Shown piece after piece: positions 25,581 to 39,859 of a DNA stretch of 64,000 bases (position 1 is the first letter of the stretch; every line of letters begins with the position of its first letter). Origin of the DNA: Octopus sinensis (lineage: Eukaryota). The stretch is taken from NCBI RefSeq assembly GCF_006345805.1, contig NC_043003.1, forward strand, positions 31,434,001-31,498,000, read 5' to 3'. The notes under the pieces were generated by a model that did no database searches, was not told where the DNA came from, and was given only the letters and a program-made list of their open reading frames with translations. Made by a program: the position numbers and the translations under genes.

Positions 25581-25742
25581 TCAGTATTAGTATTAATAAT
25601 AGAATTAATAGTAACGTTCGTTTTAATAGCAGTGCAGTAGCCATAGGCTGTAGTGGTGGTAGTAGTGATTTCAGTTGCACTGACGATGGTTGTAGTAGTA
25701 ATAGTAATAGTATTAGTACCAACAACAGCATCAGCAGCAGCA

Positions 25743-25778
<36 letters not shown>

Positions 25779-25940
25779 GTAGTGACTACTCCAGCTGCAG
25801 CGTTAAGTCTGTCATTGGTAGCTGTAGTGATGGTAGTAGTAGTAGTAGTAACAGCAGCAGTTATGAAGGCTGTAGTTGTGTTTGCATTAATAGCAGTTGT
25901 AGTAGCACTACTAGTAGCTGTGGTAACTATTAGTGGTAAC
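25430..25940. repeat. cryptic (TAG/CAG/TAA)n low-complexity tract
   Basis: Seen directly; yields the poly-S/T/V/L ORFs. Confidence 0.9.
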
Positions 25941-26116
25941 AAAAGAAGAAATGGAAGTGCAAAAAGGAAAAATGAGAAGTTTATGTAGTTTTAGTCCCAT
26001 ATCAGCCATGATCTAACAGAACTATAGTCAAAGGCAGTCTTACTCTAGCCTTCCTATCTCTACAGATAAAGTGTATTTCAGATTACATTATATTTTACAG
26101 AAAGATGACAGTGTGT

Positions 26117-26119
<3 letters not shown>

Positions 26120-26197
<78 letters not shown>

Positions 26198-26250
26198 AAG
26201 AAAGAAAGAAAGACAGAAAGATAGGTAGATATAGAGAAAGAAAGATAGGT

Positions 26251-26281
<31 letters not shown>

Positions 26282-26720
26282 AAGAGATAAATAAGGAGAT
26301 AAATAGATAGATAGAGAGACAGAGAGTGAGAGACAGGGAAAGAGAGTGTGTTAGACATTTGGCTGCTATTTCACGTTAGTTGAAGGCAACGTAGGTTATC
26401 CCTCATAAGTTGGAGCAAGGGGGAAAAGGCGGAGGAGGAAGAGTAGGAGGAGGAGGAGGAGGATAGAATTAGAAGACCAAGAAAACGATAAATGGAAGAA
26501 TAGGAAACAGAAGAGGAGGATAAATGAAGGAGGGAGGAAAAAGAAAGCGAAAAAGAACAAGAAAGGCAAAGGAAAGGAAAAAGGAAAGAAAACGAGTAAC
26601 AATGGCGGAAGAGAGAAAAATGAAGAAAGAGAAGGAGAAGAAAAGAAGTAAAGAACACACAGTCGAAAATGCATAAGAAAAAACATAAGTAGAAGAGGAA
26701 GTTGGAGGAGAGAACCAAGA
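26120..26720. repeat. (GA)n/(GATA)n and purine-rich low-complexity tract
   Basis: Seen directly. Confidence 0.9.
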
Positions 26721-28823
26721 TAAAGAACTAGGTATAGTGGTTGGTTATGATGTAGTTAGAGAACCAATCGCCATGGCAACAGTCTGCAATGATGGGTGTG
26801 CAGCAGTATTGACAAGCTGCACTCTGATTCTGCATATCTTACTGCAAGTTGTTAGATTCGGATTTCACAGTAAAACATTCTCATTGTGGAAGTATACTCT
26901 AATGGTTGTGTTGGTTGTGTTGGTAATGCTGTAGGTGAAAATGTTGGTAAAGGAGGTGTTGGTGCTGGTGTTATTGGAAGTGATGATGGTTGTAGAGTTG
27001 GTAATAATTCGTGGTTATAGTCTTGGTTATAGTGGTGGTGGTGGTGGTATTGTTTGTGGTGATGGTGTTCTTGGTGGTACTGACTGTGGTAGTATTTCTG
27101 GCACCCGTGTTAGTTGAAGAGGTGCTGATATTTTTGCTGGTGTTGATAATGGTGAAGGTGACTGCGGTGGCGGTGATAGTCTTCGTGTTTTTGATAGTGC
27201 TGGTGATAATGATAAGAATGGAAGCAGCGATATTATTTATGATGATAAAGAAAGCCGTGAATGTGACGTCGAAGAGTTGTCGCATTCATGTTATGTAGTT
27301 GTAATGGTTTCAGAAAGGTGAGAGTAGTGGTGGTTGTGATATGCTGGGGATGATAATGATTTTTTTTTTACGATAATGTAGTAAGAGTTATAACATATTG
27401 GTATTGATGGATATGTTGTTAGTGTTCTTAGTGGCGGAAATGGTTGCGAGTTGCGGTAATAGTCAAACAATGTACACGGTTCAGGTTTTGATGGTGTGAA
27501 ATAATTTAAACACTTAATTTTTTTAAAGTAAATAGAAGAGCATAAACATTTCTGCACAGGAATATGAGCATAAACATTCCTGCACATGAATATCCTAACA
27601 TAGTATAAAAGAAAAACCGCGTCCGTTTATACAAATCATATATGTAAATGCTTACTTGTAAATACGTATGAGATAGCAAACGCCCACTTCACATAGATAT
27701 AAACTATCAGTAGTAAAATCTGTACTTTAGAAGCTTCTCTCGAAAAGGAGAAGATAAAAAAATCATCAGATTAAAACAATGAAGAACAGATATTGTAACA
27801 AACTGGTAAACCAAGGAATGGAGAAATACACTTGTATTGACACACCTCCATAAATACATCAGGCGCTGCACCTTTTGAAAATATACAAATTTCAACATCA
27901 AGTGTATTATATGTATTAGACGTAAATGAACTACAAAAGAGACAGGTTTATGAAAATAAACTTTATATATCGTATATCTCAACATACCAGTTGAAATTTT
28001 CAGACCAAAATTTTCCGAGAACAATTGTATCGACTTATGTGCCAAAACGAGTTTGAAGGACCAAAGTTTCTATGTGAATTGTTGCATGATTTGCAAAGAC
28101 AGTGTTGATGTTTGAATGTTTATACTACGTTTGCAATGCGTAATTATAGTAAAGAAAATAATCATATTACACAAAGCAAAAACTTAATAATACACTGATT
28201 ACAAAATCACTAAAATTTCAAAATGTACCGGCAACAGGCCGCAAACATGTGAATACAGTAAATATCCTAACTGACTAATAATATTTAATTTGGATTACAA
28301 ACGTAAATATTGTAAACATCAGTACTCTAACTGTTTTAGTGGACGTATTCTACCTCTGACCCACAATGCACTTAAAGCAAGAAGTAAATGCAACACTCTG
28401 CACCATAAGACACTAAACATAATTGCAAAGGTGTAACATTAGCGGACAGCCATTTCTTTGCTAAAGAATTAACCCTATTCCAAATAATTGAATTGCATAT
28501 TTTTGCTGTTTCATTTATAAAATATTTGCAAACGGCGCTTAAATAGACTCATTTGTCCCCACAAACTCCACTTCTTAATTTACATTTCCATTCAGTAATT
28601 TCGTAACATACCTAATTTTACTAATAATCAAGAATTACCCTCAAAATTGTTGACCTTTAGCAAAAACTTGCATATTTTAAAGTTCCACTTACAAGTTTTG
28701 TGCATATGGCGGGCTAATTAGTCCCATTTACCCCACAACTTCCTCCATTTTACTAACATAATCAAAAGCACAGGGGCTATAGGTCTCAAATTTGGTGTAT
28801 ATATATGTATATATATATTTATG

Positions 28824-28890
<67 letters not shown>

Positions 28891-29025
28891 ATATACATAC
28901 ACTCGTGGAATTTTATTCATCAACAAATGTCTTTAAAATTAAGCGCTAAAAGACTCCCAGTGAATTTTGAATTTTTTCTCTCTTTCACTATCTCTATATA
29001 TGTATGCATTTATGAATATTTATGC

Positions 29026-29063
<38 letters not shown>

Positions 29064-30584
29064 CTTTTTTGTCAGGTGATAAAAAATTATACATTTAAAA
29101 ATAGAGGTGTTTTTTACCTTTTCTCTACTTTTATGCAACCTTTTGTTCATAATTTTTTTTTAAGCTACAGTGATCATTCATCTATAGCATACGAATTGTT
29201 GAGAATTCTTTCTACAAGAAATAATATTTCAATCCAGGCAGGTTGGCTAATAACATCCGCTTGGCTTCATAAGTGTACATGTCTGAAAATATATCCTGAG
29301 TATTTGATTTACAAACTTCTTTAATCAATGGTTCATAGATGTCTTCTTTTTGTATGTTCTCACCATATTGATATTATGTGGACAGCTAACTTGCACAACA
29401 GAGCGTGTTCTTGTTTTGTGGTCTCATAAAACAATATTAAGTAAGTTGTGTCTTACTAGAGTTTCTATTTATATTCTTACTTCATCAATTTGTTAATTCC
29501 GATATTTTATTTTTTTCCTTTCTCACTCTACTGTAGATTGCTCTGACAACCACCTCATGTCTTCTGGAATTACATAATGTTTCCATTTAAGTTCTGATGG
29601 CATAAACATGTTGATTCTCGATGTCAGGATTTTAGCGTGGTTTATTCCAACTATACGCTATGGTTCTCGTTTCTATGTACAATACTTTCAATAAACTGGT
29701 TTTGGTTTGTTATATTTATTTTGTTATCACTCCCTATCTCCATGTGAAGTGATAACAAGATTGTATTTCTTTCACTGCTTTAAATGTTGTTAGCGTTTAA
29801 CACCTAGTCATACTAATCACACATCCCCTCTTGTCTATCCAATATATTTACTAGATTTTTATCTAACATTATGTACTGTGATCTTCCTTTGTTAGGACAA
29901 ATTTGAGAGGAACTCATTTTCTAATGACGGTTGCTTCTGATAGGACTTTATGCAGGAGGTGCATGGGGACTCTAACTCCAATGTTCCTCCCAGGTGTAGT
30001 GTGAGGAGATGATATCAGGATGGATTTGGATGCTATTTCTAGGAGGTCAAGCGGCCACATACGAGCCTTCTCTGTTGGTTTGTCGCTAAAGTTGCTGTTT
30101 TTCTAATGAATATTTATAAAAGATATCAATTCCAGAACTTAACTGACCGAGAAATCTAATATTGAACCTTCCCCAACACTCCACTCCTACCAAACATAAG
30201 CAAACTAAAAACGACAAAAAAAATACTATACTGGACTCGTTCATGGATAAAAATCGAATCATTGCTTGAAATAGCAAGAAAAATATTAAAAAGTAATGGC
30301 GTAAATCAGGATAAATATGTTTGAAGCTGTTTATGAAATATTTCTCACCAGGGAGCATATTATTAGAAAATCTATTCCGCTGATATCAGTAGGTTTTAGA
30401 CTATAACATTTAAAAATGTACACGGACGCAAACCAAAGCGTGTGCTCAAACGAATGCATGTATGTATGTAGGTATATATATATATGCGTGTATATGTGAG
30501 TGTGGTGTGTGTGTATATATGTATATACATACATATATATTTTCCACACACACACACATATATATACATACATACATACATACG

Positions 30585-30630
<46 letters not shown>

Positions 30631-30631
30631 C

Positions 30632-30713
<82 letters not shown>

Positions 30714-32929
30714 TCTTATCGCAAATATGTTAACTCAGTCTTTTCATTAAGTATATAAAAGATGCGATACACTTTAGCTTGCAAGCTGAAATTATGTATA
30801 TTTTGAAAGCTAGCAGTGACTGAAAAATACATACATGCAAGCATACATACATACATTATAAATACAACTATATATATATATATATATATGATTCACTCAC
30901 ACATATATACATCTACATACACATATATAATAATATAAGACTACATAGCGATATCGTATTCACGCACATCTAAACACACACACGCACACACACACACACA
31001 CACACGCACACACACACACACAAGCACGCACTCACACACATGTATGTATATTCTTATATATACATACATATATACATATATTATTTTGAAAGGTCACCGA
31101 CACAATTTTTTTTAACATATACTAATTTAGACACATATACTTTGGAAAAATAGAAAAAAAGATTGAACGAAAGTGAGTAACAAGAGAAATAAAGGAATCT
31201 GTAAAATAGATATTTTACACTATCTTACATTATGATTAAAATGTTTATAAAGCATTTGTTTCTCTCTCAGACATAACCTATTCATTATGTTAATGCTTTC
31301 AACAATAAGATCTTTAAAGATTTATTCATATTATCTTTGTCACAAGCATTCCCCATAGTTCACTTTACTTAAATAAAATACAAAATATATCTACCATTAA
31401 TGACAAAATTTTTTACAAGAGAACAATGAAGAACTTTGATCAATGGAAGTCTTAGAAATCGCAGTAAAACCTCCCTCAAGTTACAAATACTTGTAGTTAA
31501 AAATAAGGGAATAACAGATTTTAAAGTGTAGTGACGTGTATACAATGTCTGAAAGATACTGTATATCACTATATTTGAATATTTGTATAGTGTTACGTTC
31601 TTTTTCTGCCTTCTATATAGCTGCCGTATGTATCTGATAGTGTTTTATATTTTGTGTTGATTGCATGATTATGTTGATTGATGTGAATAAAAGTAATGGC
31701 ACATTTTATAATGGAGTCACGAACAATGTTTGTAAGACAACAGGAGAGAGATCGCGTTTGATTTATAGTATACTCGATTAAGCTGACCAGGGGCTAACCA
31801 ACAACAATAGCAATAAATCATTTTCAATATTTCCTCGAACATTTTAAAGATAAATTGAAATTCATTGTATTTTAATAGCAATTTAAAACTGAATCGAGAA
31901 AATTCTATGGAATATATAAAAATATATATATAAATATAAATGTTTGAAAAATGGAAATTAATTCTAATTGATACTTAATACAGCCTTTCAAATTGGGTTC
32001 GAAACCAATTAATTGAATTTAATGTTGCTTAAATATCTCTATCATTAACCGTAACCGTCAAAAGTAAATTAGAAAATCTTTTCTAATTTGAGACGCTGGA
32101 AATATTTCATATTACATTTAGACAAGTTATTTTTCCTGATTTTCTTCAGATAATTTTCAAACTTTGGCTTTGAAACCTTGAAAATCGGGCTTTCGTATAA
32201 TTTTTTTCCCTCATATCATGTATTGATCTAAAGCATATTTCTATATTATTTGAAAAGTACTTCCGAATTTACTCAATAACAGGTAGAATATAAGTATAAA
32301 TTCGAAATACAACCTCCATATTAGCATAATAAAAATATCTTAATTAGGTAGTGGCCATATGTTCATATAAGTAAGGAATCGATGAATCTCTAAAGCACAG
32401 TTCTATTCCAGGTGAAGCAAACAAATTAATGTTGCACACATACACTTCAAATATATTTCAGCCAGCAGTTTGTGATGACATTATACTAGATCAGTCTAAG
32501 AAGGGAGACGCGACGCGGTCGACCACCAACTACGCTGGAAAGTTCAATCTCCCTTACGTATAAGTTTGAAGTTTTACACTGGTTGAATTTACTAGAATAC
32601 ATTTCTCGTAGTGGATGGATCTTGCATTAATCATTATGCCCACTCCTCTCTCTTCAGAAACTTAGCGCTACGGAATCTTCTCTGTACTAATGTCTTACCT
32701 ACAAGTGTTGATTTGATAATATCTAAACGAAGCATTATGACTATCATCCTCAGCAGCTATGGAAGGCTTTGCAATGATCATGAGCAATGTCTCTTCCTCC
32801 AGATGCAAGAGATAGAAAATAAGAATTGCACATATGGCCACACTGTCACGTCCAACCATTTCCCCAGTAACTCTTGCACACCTTCATCTTTAAATGAAAT
32901 ACGTAGAAACCACTTAGAGAGCCTGTTTA

Positions 32930-33705
32930 ATAATTCTTTCTAATTTTGGTACAAGGTCAGTAATTTTGAGAGGAGGGGCAAGCAGATAAGATCGCCCCCA
33001 CCCCAGGACTTGACTGTTACTATATTTTATCGGTTACGCAAAAATAAAAGGCAAAATCAACCTCGGCAGAATTTGAACACGGGGCGTAATGAACAGGCAG
33101 TAACATCGTCCAGCGTTTTGTCCAAGATGCTAAGAATTCTTTCAGTTCGACCCCTTTATAGACCCCTTTATATAAGTTTAAAATTTATGGCGCAAAATCA
33201 GTAATTTAAAAGGAGGAGCAAGTCGATTGCATCGACCTCAGAAGCCATACTATCAATCCCGAAAGAATAAAAGACAAAATTTGATCACGGCGATATTTGA
33301 ACCCCTGGACGTAAGAAATGCCACTAAGCATTTTATCCGACTCACTAACGATATTTCCAGCTCACTGCCTCAGCAACCAACTTAATAATGGCTTTAAATT
33401 ATGGCTCTGTGCCTACAGTTTTTAAGTAGGGTGGAGGAAAAGTCGATTACATCCATTCCAGTTCTTGACTGGTACTAATATTCTCGATAATGAAAGGGTG
33501 AAAGCTAAAGTCGACCTAGGTGTAATATGAATGCAGAACATAAAGTCGAACTAACGGACACTAAGCATTTTATCCGGCGTGCTAACGGATCAACGAGTTC
33601 AAAGCGCTACCAGTAATAATGCTTTCATATTCTGGCAACAATTTCGCGGGAGTGGATGGGTCGATTACATCCCTCGAAAGATGAAAAGCAGCGTCGACCT
33701 GGACT
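32930..33705 (-). mobile_element. four stacked, degenerate SINE family B copies
   Basis: Repeated core and head motifs (gtcgatt.catc, aaggcaaa/gtcgacct, gctaacga) at about 200-bp periodicity: about 32935, 33175, 33385 and 33615. Confidence 0.75.
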
Positions 33706-34443
33706 TCATAAATCACTTCAGTATTGGTTAATACGTATTCATCTTCCATACTAGCAATACTATGAAAATATTAAAGATAACATACCATAACACACAACTA
33801 CACTAACGTGCTACATATGTGAAAAGGTAAAATACTTGTTGCTACATGCAGTATTCTCAGCAAACATGGAGAGTAGAGATAAGAAAGTTAAAACGCTCTA
33901 CAAACATACTTCGAGCACTCACAAATTCCACGTTACTGAACTGAAGGAGGTAGTCACATTAAAGCACCAAAAATACATTAGATCCATCATCCAGCTTGCT
34001 AGTCGCATCTGTGCGCCAAATATTTCCATAAGTAATCGCAGCAAAGCAAATAAAACAGTCCATTTGTCAATCACCTGCTCAACGAAAAAAAAAAAAATTC
34101 TGAAAATGAAAAATGAATGACATTTAACAGGCGAGGGACAGTTATTGTTACAAACTCGAGCCGACGCAGCTCCTGCTGCTAAATTCGCAATCGCTTCAAA
34201 ACAAACAGACATAACTACGGTACGCCAGAATATTACACAAACACCATCCTTAAATTGCTACAATGTAGCAATTCACTATGGACAAAACTACAATAAAGAA
34301 ATACAGACAAGTATAGCAGTAACCTCTATAGTGCTTTTAACCCCAAAACATTGAGACGCATACATCAAATAACAAATACGGACGAGCGTAAACAATTGCT
34401 TTATTTTTCAACGTATATTGCAAGAATGATAAATCTATGTAGT

Positions 34444-34516
<73 letters not shown>

Positions 34517-35647
34517 TAAGGGAGAAAAGAAGATTGTGTGTATATATTTGTGCGTGCGTATGAGTGTGTGTGTGAGCGTGCGTTTGTAAATATTCAATAA
34601 GTCAAATCACTGATGAGTATACATTCTCATAAGTCACTTCTCACCTTTGAAGTTCATATTTACTTGACACTTTATATAGATTTATTGGAATATTCAGAGA
34701 TTCAATAATTAAGACTGGCAGTAATTTCAGTAAATTCAACGTTTCCCATCAATTTACCGTTTACCATCGGAACATATGATAGATTCTGGCAGAAATAATC
34801 CTCTGGGTATATTTTTCAGGTATTCTGTTATCTGTTCCCAATGGCAATCAGTTACTGATAAACATTTCTCATTTGAGCAAATATTTCAAAACTAAAAATA
34901 CTCGTCTTCGCAACCCTTTCACATTCCACTGTAATGCAGTTTGGATCACGGCCCATGGAAATCACTGACTGATGCTTAATATAACGCGTAAGTCAACTAA
35001 ACTTATTTTATAACTTTAAAAGAGATGACAATGCTTAAAAAGGAGAAAGAAAAAATGTTATTGTCATTTTGTTGATGCTGACTATTTCTTTCAGATTATC
35101 ATATAATTCCTTACTTGAGGCTGATGGAATTAATTCCTTACATGGTTAGGAATATGCTCGCTGAGTCGGCACGCATATAATTTATCTTTTGAGCTACAAC
35201 AAATTAACATACTTATAAGATTAATATTTACCGTTAAGACAGTGGAGCAGAGGAATAAGTAGACAACCTTGTTAAATGTCTTACGGCGTTTAGCTAATTC
35301 TCAGGATTTAAGTAATTTAATGCAGCGGTGAGAATATCATGGAAAAACTTTTGCTTTCACCACAGAAGTTATATTTTCGTTGTTGTTTAAACTGCAGTCA
35401 GTTATAAGAAAATTATTGAACTAAGCCGTTCACACAGTGTTAATCCCTTCTAATAGGTCCAGCTCCCTCGTTGTAGTCTAAAGCATAGAAATATGTCTAG
35501 TGCATAGCGAACTGTCACAATGGTTTCAATGAGAAAAGGGGTCTGTGTACATAGCCTTTGTAGGCCCTTCGAAGTCGATGTGACTGATGCAGTTAACGTT
35601 CCATTTGTAACCGTAGCAAAATCGCTGGCTTTAGGAAAATCATACAG

Positions 35648-35963
35648 CACTGATTCCCAACGTGGGTTATATGCCCCACCAGTGGGTCTTGGGAAAATTG
35701 AGGTAGGGAGTGGGATCCAAAGTTTTCTTTCTCTTTTTTAGTGGGACAAAGAGTTGTGAAAATATTTTTTCACTGCAAACATTCTACACCTATACCAATC
35801 ACGCCAGTCAAGCATCCGGTGTGAAGAATGATTGCTACAGTGCATCGCTATTCTAAAGCCCTAGCGTGGATATTTCAAGGATATTTCCTCATTGGATCAT
35901 ACATTTTTCTGGAAAGTTATAGTGGGGCCTGGGTGGCGTGGTGGAATTGGTTGAGAAACACTA
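35648..35963. mobile_element. hAT (Charlie-like) MITE, 316 bp
   Basis: Termini cactgattcccaac... and ...gttgagaaacacta resemble CAGTGNTTCCCAAC; flanks tcatacag (35640-47) and ccatacag (35964-71) form a 7/8 8-bp TSD. Confidence 0.8.
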
Positions 35964-37459
35964 CCATACAGGAAGAGAATTTTCTAAAACTTTGAAAAGG
36001 TACGTAATGGAAAGACAAAGAATAAACGTAATATTTGGGCTCTTCCACAAGGTACTACAGAAGGCTCCTTATGTTTATGCTTAGAGATGGATTCCTTGTT
36101 TATCTTGTAGATGGAATTTCAGTCGAGTTGTTTGAACATGTAAATTCATTTTTTCTTGAAGCTATGTTGTAATGGTTGGGTATGCCATTGACACATGTAC
36201 CCATAACGCTCTATCGGCGTGATAATATGACAAAACTGGACCCTCGGTACAATCAAGAGAGGTTTAGAGATAAATGGAGAGAACAAAAGTGAGAGAAGTA
36301 TCGATCCTCATTATTTTAATGGTGTGTTACTTCTATATGAAAGTGCATGGTTAGCACGTGGGTTCGATTCATAAATGGCAGAAATGCACTTTATTTCACA
36401 TTGTTTCAGTTTCAGCTGAAATGAATATCAACAGAGCCCTTGCGTAGCTCCCTATAGCTCTCTCTTCCAGCTGTCTTTTGGGAAAACTTTCAGTTTATTT
36501 TTTGCGACAAGAAATATCGTCACATTCATATTTTAATATTTTATGCCTTCTGAAATTTGTACAGTGTTTAAAATAGACTTCATAAAAGGTTTTGTCCACA
36601 CAGCCACTACAGGATTCAAGTCTAGACACTGATCTGACCCGGAATTAAATTCATGGAGAATTTCTCTATTCATGTTGCTCTTGCTGTATGAACTAGATCA
36701 TAATCTAATTGAATATTTTTTCTCAATTAAATAATTTCTGCACATCGGAAATTTTTCTTTTCTCTAAAAGTTTTAGGTAATCTAAGATGGTAATTCTATA
36801 TTAAAACATCATTAGTACCTGTACATGGAAATGTACCCCATACTATAATTTTATCCCACCATATTTCACGGATGTTCAAATACATTCCAGCTGAACTCTT
36901 ACCCTAGCTCAGCGAAAATAACATTTTAGAACATGACAATATAAATAACGTCTTGTTCCATGAGTCCATAGGATTTTCTGGAGCAAGACTGAATCACAAT
37001 TACCATACTTGAGCTCAAAGTATCATACAATCTGATTTTTAGCTTTTCTTAGCTAAGTCATAATCGCACATCTTTTATAGATGGAAACATTACCATCGTG
37101 AAAAAGGGAAACGTTGTTTGACTGTGACGTACACAACAGCAACTAGCATATTTGTACTCGAATCTGCCGGAACACGTTAAAAATAAATATGTTAATCACA
37201 GTTCCAGATCTTAATGAATGTAGTGCTAATAACGGTTTTTTCAAATGTACTTAATTTTTCGCACAATGTTTTCACTGTAAAATGCTTCGTTCTCAGCAAT
37301 TGTAGATTCTTTTTTCTTTCCAAATGAACTAAGAATTTACATCTCTTATCTATATATGTGGAAGTTCTTGGTTTGCCAGACACTTTTTTTCCGTTCAAGA
37401 AGAACAGCATAAGAATAACTGCTAGTGTAGGCTTCTTTATTGTTATAAAGACAGCTGTG

Positions 37460-37742
37460 CAGGCGCCTAGTTTAGTGGTTATGGATGTTCAGCTCACGAT
37501 TGCGAGGTTGTGAGTTCAATTCCTGGTGGAGCTTCAGTCCACTCAGCTTGCCAAAAATGGGTAGTACTTGAATATCAAGGGACCTGCTTTGTCACATTCT
37601 GTATTACGCTGAATTTCCCTGAGAATCACGTTAAAGGTGAGCGTGTCTCTGGAGTCCAAGCCACTTGCATGTTAATTTCACGAGCATGCTCTTCCGTTGA
37701 CCGGATCGACTGGAACGCTCGTCGTCGAAACCGACGGAGAGC
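37460..37742 (+). mobile_element. SINE with a different tRNA-like head but the family A 3' tail
   Basis: Head ggcgcctagtttagtggtt...gagttcaattcc; the tail from aagggacctgctttgtcac to cgacggag aligns with 5555-5720. Confidence 0.8.
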
Positions 37743-37830
37743 TAGTTAACAAGACCTGCACTTCCGGATAAGATGTTCTACTTTAAGGCCAAAAGGGCCT
37801 AGCGAATGTAGAACTTCCATATGCATAGAT

Positions 37831-37895
<65 letters not shown>

Positions 37896-38394
37896 TAAAT
37901 AACAGAAATAATCAATCAAAAGCAGTGCCTTTTTTCAAAAAAAAATTCAGTCAAAACTGTCATGTTGTTGGTAAAACATGTTCTTTGTCTATCTCCTTAT
38001 CCTCTTGGAGATTTTCGATAAAATTATACTGTGTCCTTCAAACATTTAAAAAAAATTCTATATTTTGTGTGAAACTGATGAATGCTTTACATTTTAAATT
38101 GATGTAATGTTTACATTGTTCAATTAAATGGAGTCGCATGAAACGATCGTACTGCATTACCTCTGGATATCCTTCTTTTTAATTTTGATTATATATATAT
38201 ATATAAATGGGGATTCTTAGGCAGAGATTTGTTTTTTTCGTAGAATTTGAATTTCAGATAGGATTATTCCTAATTTATGGAGAATAGTAATTTGGCATAT
38301 AATGTGCACAATACGAGGCCCTTTTTGCAGGCTAATCTAACAGAAACATAAAAATATAAAAACATGTGCCCGCAAGTGTGTAGTTTTACATATC

Positions 38395-38750
38395 TTTTAT
38401 CTTGTACATGTTCCAGTCATTAGCTTGCGGCCATGTTTAGGTATCAGCTTGAATGGTTTAGCCGAACAAATCAACTCCAGTACTTATGTTTTTATAGCTT
38501 GGTATACATTTTATCAGTGGCTTATCGTCGAACTGCTAAGTTGCGGGACATAAGCAAACCAACACCAGTTTCCAATCGGTAGTGGGAGACGAATACGATG
38601 AGCCACTCACAGATATCATTTGATATATGCCGGGTTTCTTACAGTTTCCGTCTGCCAAATGCACTTACTCAGCGTTGATCGGATAGGGGCTTTAGTGGGG
38701 GGTGTCACACAAAAAGATTGAAACCAGAACCGTGTGGTTGGAAAAAATTC
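38395..38750 (-). mobile_element. degenerate SINE family C copy
   Basis: Reverse complement of the family C tail (gcggccatg, gccgaacaaatcaactccag, agtttccgtctgccaaat). Confidence 0.7.
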
Positions 38751-38767
38751 ACACGTGAACGTGTGAG

Positions 38768-38990
<223 letters not shown>

Positions 38991-39505
38991 GTGTGCATAT
39001 GTGCGTGTGTGTGTGTGTGTATGTGTGTGTATACAAATATGTCCTAGTTATTATGAATCAAAATTTCAATAAACCGCTAACGAACTAAATTTTTTTGCAT
39101 CATATGGACAATTTTTTTTTGTTTACCGAAGTACGAAGAACCGTACTTTATAGAATTTTGAATCAATCGTTTATCTTCATTCAAATACATTACGTCGAAA
39201 TTCAATTATCTTCCAAATTCATAGATACCTATTCCAGGAAAATAATTGAATATGCGATAACCATTTGCGAATTGACATATCTGAATAGCTCTAGAATACT
39301 ATATCCCAGCATGTGAGGCCACTTATAGTTTTGAAATGACATAGACAGATGACAGGCTTGAAATAATTTTCATTTCCTCCCAATGTACATACATTTAGAC
39401 CTTGAATAATTAATCGACGTTCAAGTCTTCGGTCAAATATTTGAGTTGTTCCTGGGGAATAGTATATACCTACAGAGGATACATATGTATCACATACAAA
39501 GAGGC

Positions 39506-39536
<31 letters not shown>

Positions 39537-39859
39537 ATGTATGTATGTATGTATGTATGTGTGTATGTATGTGTGTATGTATGTATGTGTGTATGTATGT
39601 GCTTATGCATGTACGCATGTATTTCTTTGAAAGTTGTTTTCTTTGCAAGTTATTTTCTTTGCTGTTCACTAACAGAGTCGCCAGGCATTTTTGTTTAATT
39701 CAAGACAGCCCTTGACGTTTGTGGATAGCTGAATATATTGGTGTGTGAGTGTAGATAAATTTGTGTTTTTGTACTTCCTTATTGCTTATACGCCTGCATG
39801 TGCGCGTATTCCATATGTATATGTAATTGTTTGAGTAGGCTTGTCCAAGTCAGGCAAAT

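Noticed and set aside
29330-30360. L1/Tx1-like RT remnant (AKILTSRI)
   Set aside because: One short motif only; I could not extend it.
33919-34212. 97-aa minus-strand ORF with a poly-T acceptor
   Set aside because: No recognisable domain and no strong donor; insufficient support.
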